Of a stretch of DNA of 63,946 bases, positions 24,521 through 37,170 are shown in pieces. The position numbers and the translations under genes were made by a program. The notes under the pieces were generated by a model. That model did not search any database and was not told where the DNA came from. It saw nothing but the letters and a program-made list of their open reading frames with translations. Location of the stretch: assembly GCF_001194135.2 (NCBI RefSeq), contig NC_068995.1:44087205-44151150 (forward strand), read 5' to 3'. This DNA comes from Octopus bimaculoides (taxonomy: Eukaryota). Position 1 is the first letter of the stretch, and each line of letters starts with the position of its first letter.

Positions 24521-25224
24521 GTAAAGGGATATGGTTTTGTATCTTATAGATGACGAATATATATGCTTTTTGCATCACTAGGAGCTGATATGAAGGATCT
24601 TAGCTCGAGCTCTGCGGATTTTGAGGAACAACATGTTCAGAGAATTGATTCTTGTTTTTCATAGAATTTTTGCATTTTCTGAAAGTTAGGAACGTGTTTG
24701 TGGGTAGGAAGAAAGATAAATCATAGCTTTTCCATACGCCCGTTTTCACTTCGTTGCTGTCTCAACAGTTTTAATCTTAGTAAGTAACCCAGCGGAAAGT
24801 TACTGTGCCTGCATATAAATATTCAATGCTCAATACTGTTTATCGTATTGTTTTATTTTCCTAAAAATTGAAATTTTCCAACGTTAAACAATATAAAAAA
24901 TTATTCATTTGCTTTGTGATTCTCAGCTGAATATAGCGTCGCGTTCAGTAAAATTGTTGCTGTGTGGACGGCGCCGAAAAAAAAACAAATATATTTGCGA
25001 GGTTGTCTCCCGTTAGAGCTAAAATTGTTAAAATACTTATTCATTGAATGTTATTGTTCTCTCTTTATGTACTTATTTTCAGAATTTTTTTTATTGTCCC
25101 TGTATATGTTAAGGCTAATTTATTTGCTGGAAGAACAGATATTGAGATTGAGAGGCGACATAGAAAAAGCGAAGAGAGAGAAAAGAAACGGAAAAGAATT
25201 GGTTAAAATGTTTCAATATCTAAT

Positions 25225-25257
<33 letters not shown>

Positions 25258-26067
25258 AAACTGTACGTGATAGAAAGGGGATGAAACTGTAGGGTGGTCA
25301 TATGAATGATTAAGTTTTGAACATTGAAGCAAGTCTGCTATCGAGACAATAGACAGATTGTTTCCAGAAGTAGTCGGAAACAATATTTCACTCACTGTTC
25401 CTTATCACTGTGGAAATACATTGAAATGGAATGACCAATTCAAGGATAAAAAGGTCAGATCAGTTTTTAGTGGTCGTTTAGGACTAATCTGTTGATGATG
25501 TCATTTGAATCTGTTGCTGCCGATATAACTAATGGCTGCTGAGATCTTACTTTTAAATACTTCATACATAATACATAGAGTAATATCATGAACGGGATTG
25601 TGTATGCTAAGATGGAACCGATATAATCGTCTATCAGAAACATAATCGCAAATGATTACTAATATATTCCTTTTGGATACTTCATATATAATACATACAG
25701 TAATGTCACAAATGTGTCCCAATATAGATGGCTGTTCATACGTATATGTGTTCACACGGCGCACACAAGACAATGAGGACGCCTCTGCTTATGACGGCAG
25801 TCAAATAGTAGCCAAATCTCACAAATCATACTCTAATCTCTTAAAAATAAGAACATTGAATAATGTATTTCTAGATACACTGTGTCTGAAACCATAAACA
25901 AAGCAACTAGTTGATCATGCCTGGAACGCCTTTGCCCATAGGTTTATGACATCACATCGTCCAGAGATGAAACAATAATATCAACATCGTGCATTTAAAA
26001 CTGACTGCTCAGCAAGTTCCGTTCTGACGCCAACTTAGCTATCAAATTTACAATCGCGATGCATAGC

Positions 26068-26235
26068 AAAAGTGTGACTGTGTGTTGTACAAGTTTGATT
26101 TGCAATCTTGTAGTGTATGGTTCAATCCCACTGTGCAGCGTTTCAACGTCCAGCGTCTTCCACTAGCACCTCCTTTTAATCGGTTCTTTCTGTGAGAAAT
26201 ATGGTAAACAGAAACTGTGCTAGTGCTCTCTGTGT
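26068..26235 (+). mobile_element. SINE-B 5' module, heavily decayed
   Basis: gtgactgtgtgttgtacaagtttg..ggttcaatcccactgtgcagc..gcgtcttccacta..tggtaaacagaaactg. Confidence 0.5.
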
Positions 26236-26313
26236 ATACCTGCATAGGTATATGTGTAGGTGAGTATCTGTGTGTGTGTGAATATATGCATTACATACCT
26301 ATATCAACACACA

Positions 26314-26344
<31 letters not shown>

Positions 26345-26421
26345 GTAAACAAGCTTAGAGCAACATTATAATAAAAACAAACTAATCTTAGGTATTACGT
26401 ATATCTGCTCTTCTTTGTAAA

Positions 26422-26461
<40 letters not shown>

Positions 26462-26867
26462 NNNNNNNNNNNNNNNNNNNNNNNNNNNNNNNNNNNNNNN
26501 NNNNNNNNNNNNNNNNNNNNNNNNNNNNNNNNNNNNNNNNNNNNNNNNNNNNNNNNNNNNNNNNNNNNNNNNNNNNNNNNNNNNNNNNNNNNNNNNNNNN
26601 NNNNNNNNNNNNNNNNNNNNNNNNNNNNNNNNNNNNNNNNNNNNNNNNNNNNNNNNNNNNNNNNNNNNNNNNNNNNNNNNNNNNNNNNNNNNNNNNNNNN
26701 NNNNNNNNNNNNNNNNNNNNNNNNNNNNNNNNNNNNNNNNNNNNNNNNNNNNNNNNNNNNNNNNNNNNNNNNNNNNNNNNNNNNNNNNNNNNNNNNNNNN
26801 NNNNNNNNNNNNNNNNNNNNNNNNNNNNNNNNNNNNNNNNNNNNNNNNNNNNNNNNNNNNNNNNNNN

Positions 26868-26908
<41 letters not shown>

Positions 26909-26969
26909 GTGTATATATATATATAAAGATAACAATAATTCTAGGATGAAATTTATAAATATTTAATAC

Positions 26970-27102
26970 ATTGCTACGTACGTTTCCACAAATTACATGA
27001 TTTTGACATCAGAATCGGTATCCTTGAGATTAGTACAGTATAGTCCGTATTACCCCTGGGCATCCGGTTTATCCTCATCATTGATTCATTTCATCAGGTG
27101 AT
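26970..27102 (-). ncRNA. Hammerhead-like motif in left arm (long stem II)
   Basis: atcac-CTGATGA-(~100 nt)-GAAA-cgtacg-TA-gcaat; stem I is partly mismatched. Confidence 0.5.
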
Positions 27103-27171
27103 ATTGTATTATTGGATGAATCACAGAAGGATGTTTATCCTTTCTTGCCAGTGTGAAGGCCAATCTGACCA

Positions 27172-27296
27172 ATCGTCTGATGAAATGAATCAATGATGAT
27201 CAATCGGATGTCCAGGGATAATATAGACTATACTGTACTAATCCCAACCGACTCTGATGTCAAAATCATGTGGTTTGTGGAAACGTACGTAGTGAT
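27172..27296 (+). ncRNA. Hammerhead-like motif in right arm (long stem II)
   Basis: atcgt-CTGATGA-(96 nt irregular hairpin)-GAAA-cgtacg-TA-gtgat; stem I is 5 bp including 2 GU pairs. Confidence 0.55.
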
Positions 27297-27484
27297 GTAT
27301 GAAATATTTATAAATTCCATCCTAGAATTAATGTTATTATTATAATTATCCTACATTATATCAGTATAACCGTGACGCAACCCTGCAAAACTGACTCATT
27401 AGTCAGTATCGTTAGACGGTAGCCAACATAATCAAATAGGAGCTTTATTTGAAAATCCCTAACGTTACCTTAAAAGAATTTAAA

Positions 27485-27515
<31 letters not shown>

Positions 27516-27783
27516 NNNNNNNNNNNNNNNNNNNNNNNNNNNNNNNNNNNNNNNNNNNNNNNNNNNNNNNNNNNNNNNNNNNNNNNNNNNNNNNNNNNNN
27601 NNNNNNNNNNNNNNNNNNNNNNNNNNNNNNNNNNNNNNNNNNNNNNNNNNNNNNNNNNNNNNNNNNNNNNNNNNNNNNNNNNNNNNNNNNNNNNNNNNNN
27701 NNNNNNNNNNNNNNNNNNNNNNNNNNNNNNNNNNNNNNNNNNNNNNNNNNNNNNNNNNNNNNNNNNNNNNNNNNNNNNNNNNN

Positions 27784-27839
<56 letters not shown>

Positions 27840-27856
27840 GCATGCGCGTGCGTGTT

Positions 27857-27891
<35 letters not shown>

Positions 27892-29124
27892 GGTCATATC
27901 TAACGCAATTATATAATTGGGTACAGTTTCAGAGAAGTCTTTTCTTTATATGCTAGAATATTCTATTTAGCAAAAACAGAAAATAGAACCGAAAATATTC
28001 CAAATCTTTTTAATATTCAGTGTACTGACTATTGATTTTCATCACAAATACATTCCATAATTTTGCCTTCGTTGGTAAAAAAGCAAAAAAAATACCACAA
28101 TACATACTTTAAGCGCTTACACGCATTATACTTTTTTCAAATGTCTTGGCTTTCTAAAAATATTCAAATTTTCTATTTTGTATAAAAGCATCTATATTTT
28201 AGAATAATACATTTTATGAATATTTATTATTTTATTTAGTATTCGGGGAAAAAAAAGAAAAAAATAATGTTTTTAGATTTAATTTGCATTTATTTTGAAA
28301 ACAAAAATAATATCACACTTGTGAATATGTTTTTAGTTGAAAATATTTTAAGTACTTAAAACATGCTTAATATTGTGACTAAAAATATGCAACAACATTA
28401 AGAAAAATATGTATAGCAATATGAACATCGAATATAACACCAAGAGAATAACAGATTATTTTAAAATGATTACTAAATGATTAAAGTTGGAAGCAAAAGT
28501 GTGTAGTTAAGCAATAATAGAACAAAATATGAAAGCTATAGGGAAGCAGTTAATGTTTTACATATGCCGGACAAAATAAAGTACATACCTACCTTCTTAG
28601 AAGGTGTCTATAGTAGTGAATTCAGAAGAAAATTTTGAGCGGAGAATGGGTTTGGAGATTATATTCTACATAAAGCACAAGTAAACCATCCGGACGGTAG
28701 TTTTCTAATAATTTTTGCGATGTTTAAATTATGTCAACCTTATGTATATAACTACATTTTCAAATGCGACATTTTCCTATTTGCGACGGTCAGACGATTT
28801 TGAGGCTGTTTCTACCTTTCTTGTAGGTAAAGTGACCGCCCAATGGTCTTCCCTCGGTTGCTCGAAGTAAATTTGTTTATTGCTGTTTAAGCACAGATCA
28901 CCCTTCTGGGCGTGTTCGTATAGTGACCATCCCACCTTTTCTTACTTTTTGTACGTCACTAAGTTCTCCAATATATCCTTTATTTAAGATTGTAGAACGA
29001 GATTTCTGGGCGATTTGGCTGCTATTTTCAGTAGGACGAGTGTTCATGTAGAAGATCCCTTCTTGAAAATATTGTTAGTCAGTAATGCAACTAGACACCC
29101 TCGTCTACTTTCTTTCTCACACAC

Positions 29125-29192
<68 letters not shown>
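29125..29192. repeat. (CT)n microsatellite
   Basis: Direct reading. Confidence 0.95.
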
Positions 29193-29196
<4 letters not shown>

Positions 29197-30534
29197 TCCC
29201 TCCCTCTTCCCACTCTCTTTCTTTTCTCTGTCTTACACTGTTTCACTGCTTCAGTGAGATGATTAATAAAAGGTATGAGGCATGAGTTGCTTGGGAAAAG
29301 TTTGACAGGGTGTGAAAGGAAGAGCCGGTAGTGTTTCGGTTACATATATAGATATACTTAAAATGTCGTCATTACATAAAAGATTGCAACATTGTCTTTT
29401 TTAATTGTAATTATATTCTCATTAATGAAGAAGTGGACCAAAATTAACATAGGAAAATTTTGTTATTGTTTAGCCCCAATTGAACTGTGATCGTTCTACG
29501 TTGAAAGGCGTTCCTACTTTGACCTTTCCATCGATTTGTAAATTCAAGATCATATTGTCCAAAGTATTGCTATTCCTCTCTTTCTTAGAATAGTATTTGT
29601 AGCCAGGTTGCAGTTGTTCGACGAAAATTTGACATTTCATGAAATACATTGGAAGCGTAAGTGAAATTAACAGCTTTGTGTGTTATTTAACAATATAGTT
29701 GAAAATTCAAGAACGTTATTCCTAATAATTATTGACTTAAGAGCATTATCTCTGTTTATTCATAGCTAAGGCAGTCAGCATAACTAACTGTGTATGGCGA
29801 TTAGCACCACAATAAAAACACTCGGTCTACGTATCATGTTACACACCGAGGTTTCAGTAAAACAATGCAATTCAATCCACAAGTATTTGCAATTCATTAC
29901 AGTTAATTCTCTACGTTAATGGCCAGATTAGCTAAAGCGTAGACACCGCTGTTTTTTTTTTAAAATATGCGAATATGTATGCTATTGTTAAATGAAGGTT
30001 TCATATTCTAACCAATTGCTATCGCCAAAATATTCAAAATGTGAGATATTTAGGAATTGAGGTTGTGCTCACAGCCTTTGGTTATTGTTCATATTAGGTT
30101 TTTCTACATAATTGTCCGTAACATGGACAAGAACTAATGTCAACGGTTTGTGCTGCAGGTCAAGAAAAGATAGAGCGAAGGAATACACGAAATACAGTAG
30201 AAGTGAGATAGGTACTTCTTATGGTGTAAGTCTTATTCTTTCTTGCTGAGAATTACAACTGCGTTTTTCATAGTTTAGGTTGAGAAATACCTTAGGAACA
30301 CCCATTAAAATTATATAAAAATCCGTTCATAACTTCTAGTTTGGGCCCAATCCTGTTTGCACTAAATTCCTACGGAACCATCAGTGTATTTAACGTAAGC
30401 AAGATAGTAATATACGAGAAACTGGAGGCTCACCGGATGTTATATTCGGGGTTTACACACCAAATACCCCTAGAAAAAGTTATTCTAATTTCCATTTTTT
30501 TTATTTTTCATCGTTATACCGTGATATTGGTCTC

Positions 30535-30740
30535 ACATTTTGGCAGAAGGCCAATGACTTCGGAGTAGAGGATAAGTCGATTACATTGACCCCAGTGTTC
30601 GACAGGTACTTATTTTATCTACCCCGAAAGGATGAAAGGCAATGTCGACTTCGGTGGAATTTGAACTCAGAACGTAAAGACGGACGAAATACCTCTAAAC
30701 ATTTTGCCCGGCGTGCTAGTTATTCCCCCAACTCACCGCC
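30535..30740 (-). mobile_element. SINE-A copy
   Basis: ccccgaaaggatgaaaggcaatgtcgacttcggtggaatttgaactcagaacgtaaagacggacgaaatac. Confidence 0.9.
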
Positions 30741-32114
30741 TTTCTCTTCATTAAACATCATCAAATAAAGTATTACTAGGAACTATAACAGCAGATATCT
30801 AAGGAATGAAAAGCCAAACACTCAATGTAGAAGAGGACCCATTCTCTCTTATTAACTCTGGATTGGTATTCAAGAAACAACCTGAAAATATTTTATGATG
30901 CATGACAACCTGAAATATGTAAAATATTTTGAGATTGTGAATAGCCTATAGAATATGTGAAGTAAATTATAGTTCTCCCCTACCAATCGATAGAATGTCT
31001 AAAGAATATTATGGTTTTCTTCTGTAGAAAAGTTTCAATATTCTTTGATAAATTTCAGCAAAAAGTACCACATTCAAAAAGTAATGTCTGTTGAATTTTT
31101 AAAAAAAATAAAAATTTGTTGTTTAATTCCAAACTTTTCTGTAAAGTTATATTTTTATTTTCACTTCGTTCGCCATATAAGCTTCCTGCTGAAGGCGTCT
31201 TTTATTTCCTCCTCTTGAGAATCTCTCATCAATAAATTTCTCAAGTTTCAAAAGTGAAAATCTCAAAAGTCGTGGGTGGGGAGTTGCTTGTTTGTTTGTT
31301 TTTGTTTTTTTTTGGGGGGGGGGTCCAAGATCGATAGTTACGGGAGAAAAATAACGTTGTGGAACAAAGATTATTTGCTGAAACCAATATTATTATGAGA
31401 GTATCTTTTGATGAAAAAAACATATATTTCTGTGTGATTTATGCTTTGACAAATGTCTGCTGTCAATGTCAAAACAGACGACTAATCTCTTTTTTTTTTC
31501 TCCATTTATTAAAATTCTTTAATACAACTTCCATCTTTGCCCCATGAAATATATTTGAGAACCTAGGAAAATGTTTTATAGCTGATTTGTATTTGTGGGA
31601 AAGCTCAATCACTGATCTTTTATTAGATGCCATTCATAAAACTACTCGATATGTTTAACTGAAACTAATATTTAATTGAACCTAAATTATAGAACTGTGA
31701 ACCGAACGTTGAAAATCCAATTTGGACTTAGTTGGTAATATACTTTCCAATGGTCTCATATTAATATTTAGAAGTATTACTGTTGATAACATTAGATATA
31801 AATGAATATAGAAATAAAAATGAATGATAGCTTTATGGTTGGTTCCCTGTATATTATAGCTAATTTGCTGAGGCTAATATTAGATGTTAATCTTTATGTC
31901 AGGTCGCCCATGAGTGTTATTGGTAACTTGTAGTTCGATGCAAATCATTGTATGTATAAAATGGATCCCCCTACCCCATCCATCAAACTTGCCTAGTGAG
32001 GAGGGCTGCTAAAATCTCAGCAGGACATACATCTTAGAAGATCGGATGAACACAACGTAGGGGTTAACAACTATCTAACAATAAATAGGGGATAGAAATT
32101 CATAAATAGTTGTG

Positions 32115-32215
32115 GGAAAGTAGCCAGACTTGGAAAGTAGCCTTGGAAAGTAGCCTTGGAAAGTAGCCTTGGAAAGTAGCCTTGGAAAGTAGCCTTGGAA
32201 AGTAGCCTTGGAAAG
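32115..32215. repeat. 13-bp minisatellite (TTGGAAAGTAGCC)x6.6 plus an upstream variant unit
   Basis: Perfect units from 32130. Confidence 0.95.
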
Positions 32216-33829
32216 GACAACTCGGGGCGTTACCCCTCACTGCCTGTGAGTGCCTGTGAAGAATCGAAGAGTTAGATAGTCAACCTCTGACAGTAAATCA
32301 AATTTGAAAAGAACTTAGAAACCGCCGGCGTTAATCATCCCGAATGAAGACGTTATGAATGGATTGTAACTGAGGCCTCCGAAACTCAGCATAATGAAGG
32401 AATATCTATTTATTCATTATTAAACTAAAATTGATGAGAGTCCAAGAATGACGGCGGAAACTATTGATGCTGCTATACGAAATTTATTGTGACATTTATT
32501 CCGGTATCTTGTATTTTGAATTCAAATTCTGTCCAGGTCAGTTTGCTTTCTGAGAGCGAGAAATAAAATATAATGAAGAAGAGATTTGGTTGTCACTCTT
32601 TGCGCTCTGAGATGAAACCTCGCCATGACATACTTAACATCATTGCCTGGTGTCTTGAGTGTCTTTAGTGGAGACCACTGAATTGCAAGAATTCGGGCCG
32701 GGTATCTGGTTGCAGTATACTTTCTTTCCCCAACATCAACAACTCCGGAATCTCTGTCATGGGTCTTCACGAAAGGACAACGAAAATAACGGACCATACA
32801 GGAAAATATAAACTTCAGTGAACAAACACCTCGACTCATCTTCAATTTTTATCTGCAGTTCTTTCATTTTGAATACCCTTGGGAAATAAATGATCAACAT
32901 AGTCTAACGATGAGGACTTTAAATTGTGTGACGAGCTGCTAAAATAGCACTCAAATCTCGCAAAATTCACATCCTGCCGTTTTGAATGATGAAGGGTGCG
33001 TTAGATAATTTAGCCCTAGATGCACTACCTGACGAAAAATTGGATATCACGGCAAGAACAGCTTTTGATCATATATCTGCCCTACTACAACTGACCTGCA
33101 GCCAAGCAGCCGCGTGTTAAAAGTCAGAAAACTGTAACCGCTTTATGCCTGGCGCTTAGAAAAACAATTAATTTAGATTTTTTATGGTTTATTTTACCTT
33201 AAACATCATTATGGCATAACCTCACCTAAATTCCATTCTCTGAAATGTCAATACCTGTCACTTAGAATGTTTTTATACTGATTCATGTGTTTGAATTTAA
33301 CAGAAAAAGAAAATGAAAATCTATTGGAACTTTTTATAGAATTAATTGGTTTTGGTCGTTCATGTATTCTATTAATAAACTTTGATGGAATACGTTATTT
33401 ATAAGGTAAACTTTTCAAAAATCAATGTGTTCATCCATGACGAAACGCTATTATCGATTCTGAGTGATCGATACTGCAGTTGCGATATTTTGGAACACCA
33501 AATTAATTTAATTTAGAGTTAAAATTTACCAGCTTTAGAAATATTTTACAGCGGGCGATAGCGTTGCTTAGAATTCTGATGTTCCTACCAAAGAAATCAT
33601 GATTCATATTTTGTACTGGTACCAAAGAAAAGTATTTCTGTAATACAGGTTAATCAGATGAAAAATGGCAACACTGATGACTGTTTTAGAGGGTTCTTTG
33701 AGATTGGTCGAGGAATTGCGACAGATAGAAGATTGGTCCAATTGCGAGTAAAGAGTGGATTTTGCTAAAGGCAGCTAAGAACTAGACGATGGTGACAAAA
33801 CTTGGCAACAAGATATAAGGCACCTGACG

Positions 33830-33970
33830 GGATTCCTTACAGTTTTCTTCAGTCAACAGTTTTAAGGACATGGATCAAGTTGAGGCTAGTGTAGAAGGCT
33901 ATCGAATGCAGCACAGTTAGATGGAACTTGGAACAATGATGTAATTTTGAAGCAAGATACTTTATTATAT
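33830..33970 (-). mobile_element. SINE-B-like 5' module, heavily decayed
   Basis: gacgggattccttacagttttc..gaggctagtgtagaagg..gcacagttagatggaacttggaac. Confidence 0.4.
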
Positions 33971-34284
33971 GGTCATTCCTGTAAAGCTGGAGGCGCTTAG
34001 CACTCAATGTAACGGCCTCCGTGCAATAAATACTTCCTTAAGGATACGTGATGTGTATACACATGTATATGTGTGTGTATTTGTATACTCACACACACAC
34101 ACACTCACACACACACACATCCAGCGAAAGTAACAACCTGTGAAGCTTTTCGAATGCTATTTTCTCCACTCTCTTTTACACTTATGTGAATGCACATATC
34201 TGTGTCTGTGCGTATGCGTGTGTATGTGTATATAAGCAAATTATGCATATGTATATGTGTGTGTGTGTGTGTGTGTGTGCGTGC

Positions 34285-34337
<53 letters not shown>

Positions 34338-34596
34338 NNNNNNNNNNNNNNNNNNNNNNNNNNNNNNNNNNNNNNNNNNNNNNNNNNNNNNNNNNNNNNN
34401 NNNNNNNNNNNNNNNNNNNNNAAACGTGTTCAGATATACACAGCTGACATTTATTGGAGAACTTACCTTATTTCCTTATTTTTCGGTGATGTTAATTAAA
34501 TTGTTTAATATTAACATCTTTCTATACATTTGTCCATCTCTTTTGATCTCGATATGTGTAGGAGACAGAGAGAGAAGGAGAGAGAGAGAAAGAGAA

Positions 34597-34627
<31 letters not shown>

Positions 34628-35156
34628 AAGAAAGAGAGAGAGAGAGAGAGAGACTGTTGTGTCAGTATGAATTCTAATTGAGCCAAAAAAATCGTTAGAC
34701 GTGTCAATTTCAATGCCATCAGGACATAATACAACGTCTTCGCAATTAACATGACCGACAGGAATTGAACAGCGGCGATAAAACCAGATTAAATATAATA
34801 GCGACAGACAAATCAAGAGAGATTCAAGTCAGATGAAGCTTCATGTAGGTTTGAGTCGCCCGTATTTTTCAGTGGCAGTAAATCTACCAGACTGCTTCAA
34901 TAGACACTGTGAAAGCAATTTATGGAGTTGTAAATATAGTTATTCAACAAAATCCATTAAGAAGATAAATTTGGAAACAAGTAGCTGCTGCGAAAACGCT
35001 CGGTAAAACTAATATTTATATGACTGTGTGTATGTGTGCATGCGTGTGTGTGCACGCGTGCGCTTGCGTGCGTATATGTATATACATACATACACACACA
35101 CGCGCGCGCAAGCACACATATATATACATACATATGTATATGTATATGTGCATATA

Positions 35157-35280
35157 GGGGAGAATACAAACCGATGTATTAGTATAACGCTCGGGAAGAG
35201 AAAAAGTTTTTAATGTTTCGAGTCTACGCTCTTCCACAGAAAGGAACACGGAAACAAGGAGAGAAAAAAAAAAGAATTTG
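35157..35280 (-). mobile_element. PLE-like terminal repeat family E with variant hammerhead-like motif (35208-35243)
   Basis: Reverse strand reads cttt-CTGTGGA-a-gagc(gtag)actc-GAAA-ca-TT-aaaa. Confidence 0.6.
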
Positions 35281-35301
35281 TAGTGGCTAGAGACCTAATG
35301 C

Positions 35302-35352
<51 letters not shown>

Positions 35353-35360
35353 TGTGTGTG

Positions 35361-35391
<31 letters not shown>

Positions 35392-35422
35392 GTGTGTATG
35401 TGTATGTGTGTGTGTATGTGTG

Positions 35423-35454
<32 letters not shown>

Positions 35455-35469
35455 AATGTATATGTATAT

Positions 35470-35730
35470 GAGGGTGCATGGCCTAGTGTTTAGGGAGTTG
35501 CGTTTACGATCGCGAGATTGTGATTTCAATTCCTAGACCGGGTGGTGGGTTGTATTCTTGAGCAAGACACTTAATCTAGCGTTGCCCTGCGATCACTTCG
35601 ACGCTTGTCGTGTTCCTGTTCAGGCAACGTCGATTTGATGGAACGATTGAGCTAATGTACACCACACATACATTTTGTCACTATAAAGAAACTATTTGTG
35701 CAGCTTGTTCGGCAAGAAATTGCAGAAGCG
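35470..35730 (+). mobile_element. tRNA-derived SINE, third family (SINE-C)
   Basis: A box tggcctagtgtttagg, B-box-like gatttcaattcc, then ttcttgagcaagacactt. Confidence 0.7.
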
Positions 35731-35775
35731 TCTTCCTTGGATTACCTGAGACTACCATTGTATAAAAATCTGTAC

Positions 35776-35920
35776 GGTAAGATGTTTCCCAACTACATGG
35801 TTCCGGGTTCAGTCCCACTGCGTGACACCATGGGCTAGTGTCTTCTACTATAGCCTTGGGCGGACCAAAGCCTTGCGAGTGGATTTGGTAGATGGAAACT
35901 GTAAAAAGCCCGTCGTATAA

Positions 35921-35960
<40 letters not shown>

Positions 35961-36157
35961 GACCACCGCTTGACAACTGGTGTTGTTTTGTTTACGTTCC
36001 CGTAATCTAACTATTCGGCAAAAAGTGACCGTTAGAATATGTACCGGGATCAAAAAGAGATTAAGTATTGGTGTCGATTCATTCGACTAAAAGTTCTCCA
36101 AGATGGTGCCCCAGCATGGCCAAAGTATAATGACTGAAACGGATAAGAGGTAAGATA
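35776..36157 (+). mobile_element. SINE-B near full length with internal (TG)n
   Basis: ggttccgggttcagtcccactgcg (B box) through to the ccccagcatggcc..atgactgaaac tail. Confidence 0.9.
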
Positions 36158-36409
36158 TATGAATACATAAATATAAATATAACATTGGGACACTGAACTG
36201 TGTTGCGTGTGACATAGTAAACAATTGGAACAGAATAAGAGTAAAACTCAACTTCAACCAGATTAAATATATTGGCCACAAGCACGTCATGTGATGTTAA
36301 AATTTGCTGGATTTTCATAAATATCCAACTCATTCATCTTCAGATGCAGTCCGTAATCATTTTACTGCCGACGCCGAGGCATGTCCTTATAACAGAAACA
36401 CGGCCTCTT

Positions 36410-36642
36410 AAGTCAGCGAGCTGGCAGAAACGTTAGCACGCCGGGCGAAATGCTTATTAGTATATCGTCTGCCGTTATGTTCTGAGTTCAAATTCGGCCG
36501 AGGTCGACTTTGCCTTTTATCCTTACGGGGTCGATAAATTAAGTACCAGTTACGCACTGGGGTTGATGTAATCGACTTAATCCCTTTGTCTGTCCTTGTT
36601 TGTCCACTCTGTGTGTAGCCCCTTGTGTACAATAAAGAAATA
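36410..36642 (+). mobile_element. SINE-A full length with 16-bp TSD
   Basis: A/B boxes present; TSD agaaacacggcctctt (36394-36409) / agaaacatggcctctt (36643-36658). Confidence 0.95.
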
Positions 36643-37108
36643 AGAAACATGGCCTCTTCTCCAGTTTATTTTTATTTATTTTATTATTACTAGTTTCGAA
36701 CTGTTTTCGGCCTGTTCAGCTACACTTCACACATAGACACACTCATAGATACACAGACAGGAAGATAGATAGATAGATTGATAGATAGATAGATAGATAG
36801 ATAGATTGGCTTTAACGAGCGCTTTCGAAGCTACTCCATCAGGATTAATTTTCTTAATGTATTTCGTCAAATAATATACATGATTTTATTTGAAAAAGTA
36901 TATTATCAATCTTGCTGAAATTAATTAACAAAAGTAGATTTTAAAATAACTTATTCTTACATACTTCTATTGTGTATGCGTACTTACATGCATGTGTGTA
37001 TGTATGTGTGTGTATGTGTGTGTATGTGTATGTATACATACAATATATATATATATATATAATATATTGTGTGTATACAATATATATGTGTATACACACA
37101 CACACGCG

Positions 37109-37170
<62 letters not shown>

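Larger units (their letters stand above)
26929..27337. mobile_element. Fold-back element: ~170-bp inverted arms (26929-27102 / 27172-27337) with a 69-bp spacer
   Basis: The arms are reverse complements, e.g. ctacgtacgtttccacaa..catgattttgacatcaga vs tctgatgtcaaaatcatg..ttgtggaaacgtacgtag. Probably inverted PLE pLTRs. Confidence 0.9.

Noticed and set aside
32115-32215. CRISPR or telomere-like reading of the 13-bp repeat
   Set aside because: There are no spacers and it does not resemble TTAGGG-type repeats.
33135-33180. TALCLALRKTINLD echoing RAG1/Transib and the ORF end LFLALRKQTDLD at 32525-32560
   Set aside because: A ten-residue resemblance with no DNA-level inverted repeat and no other RAG1 motifs.
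34660-34816. Minus-strand ORF portion GHVNCEDVVLCPDGIEIDTSNDFFGSIRIH
   Set aside because: No splice signals, a second frame is equally open, and it runs into (CT)n.
35470-35545. tRNA gene (and similar SINE heads)
   Set aside because: A/B boxes are present, but the heads run into SINE bodies and I saw no complete cloverleaf.
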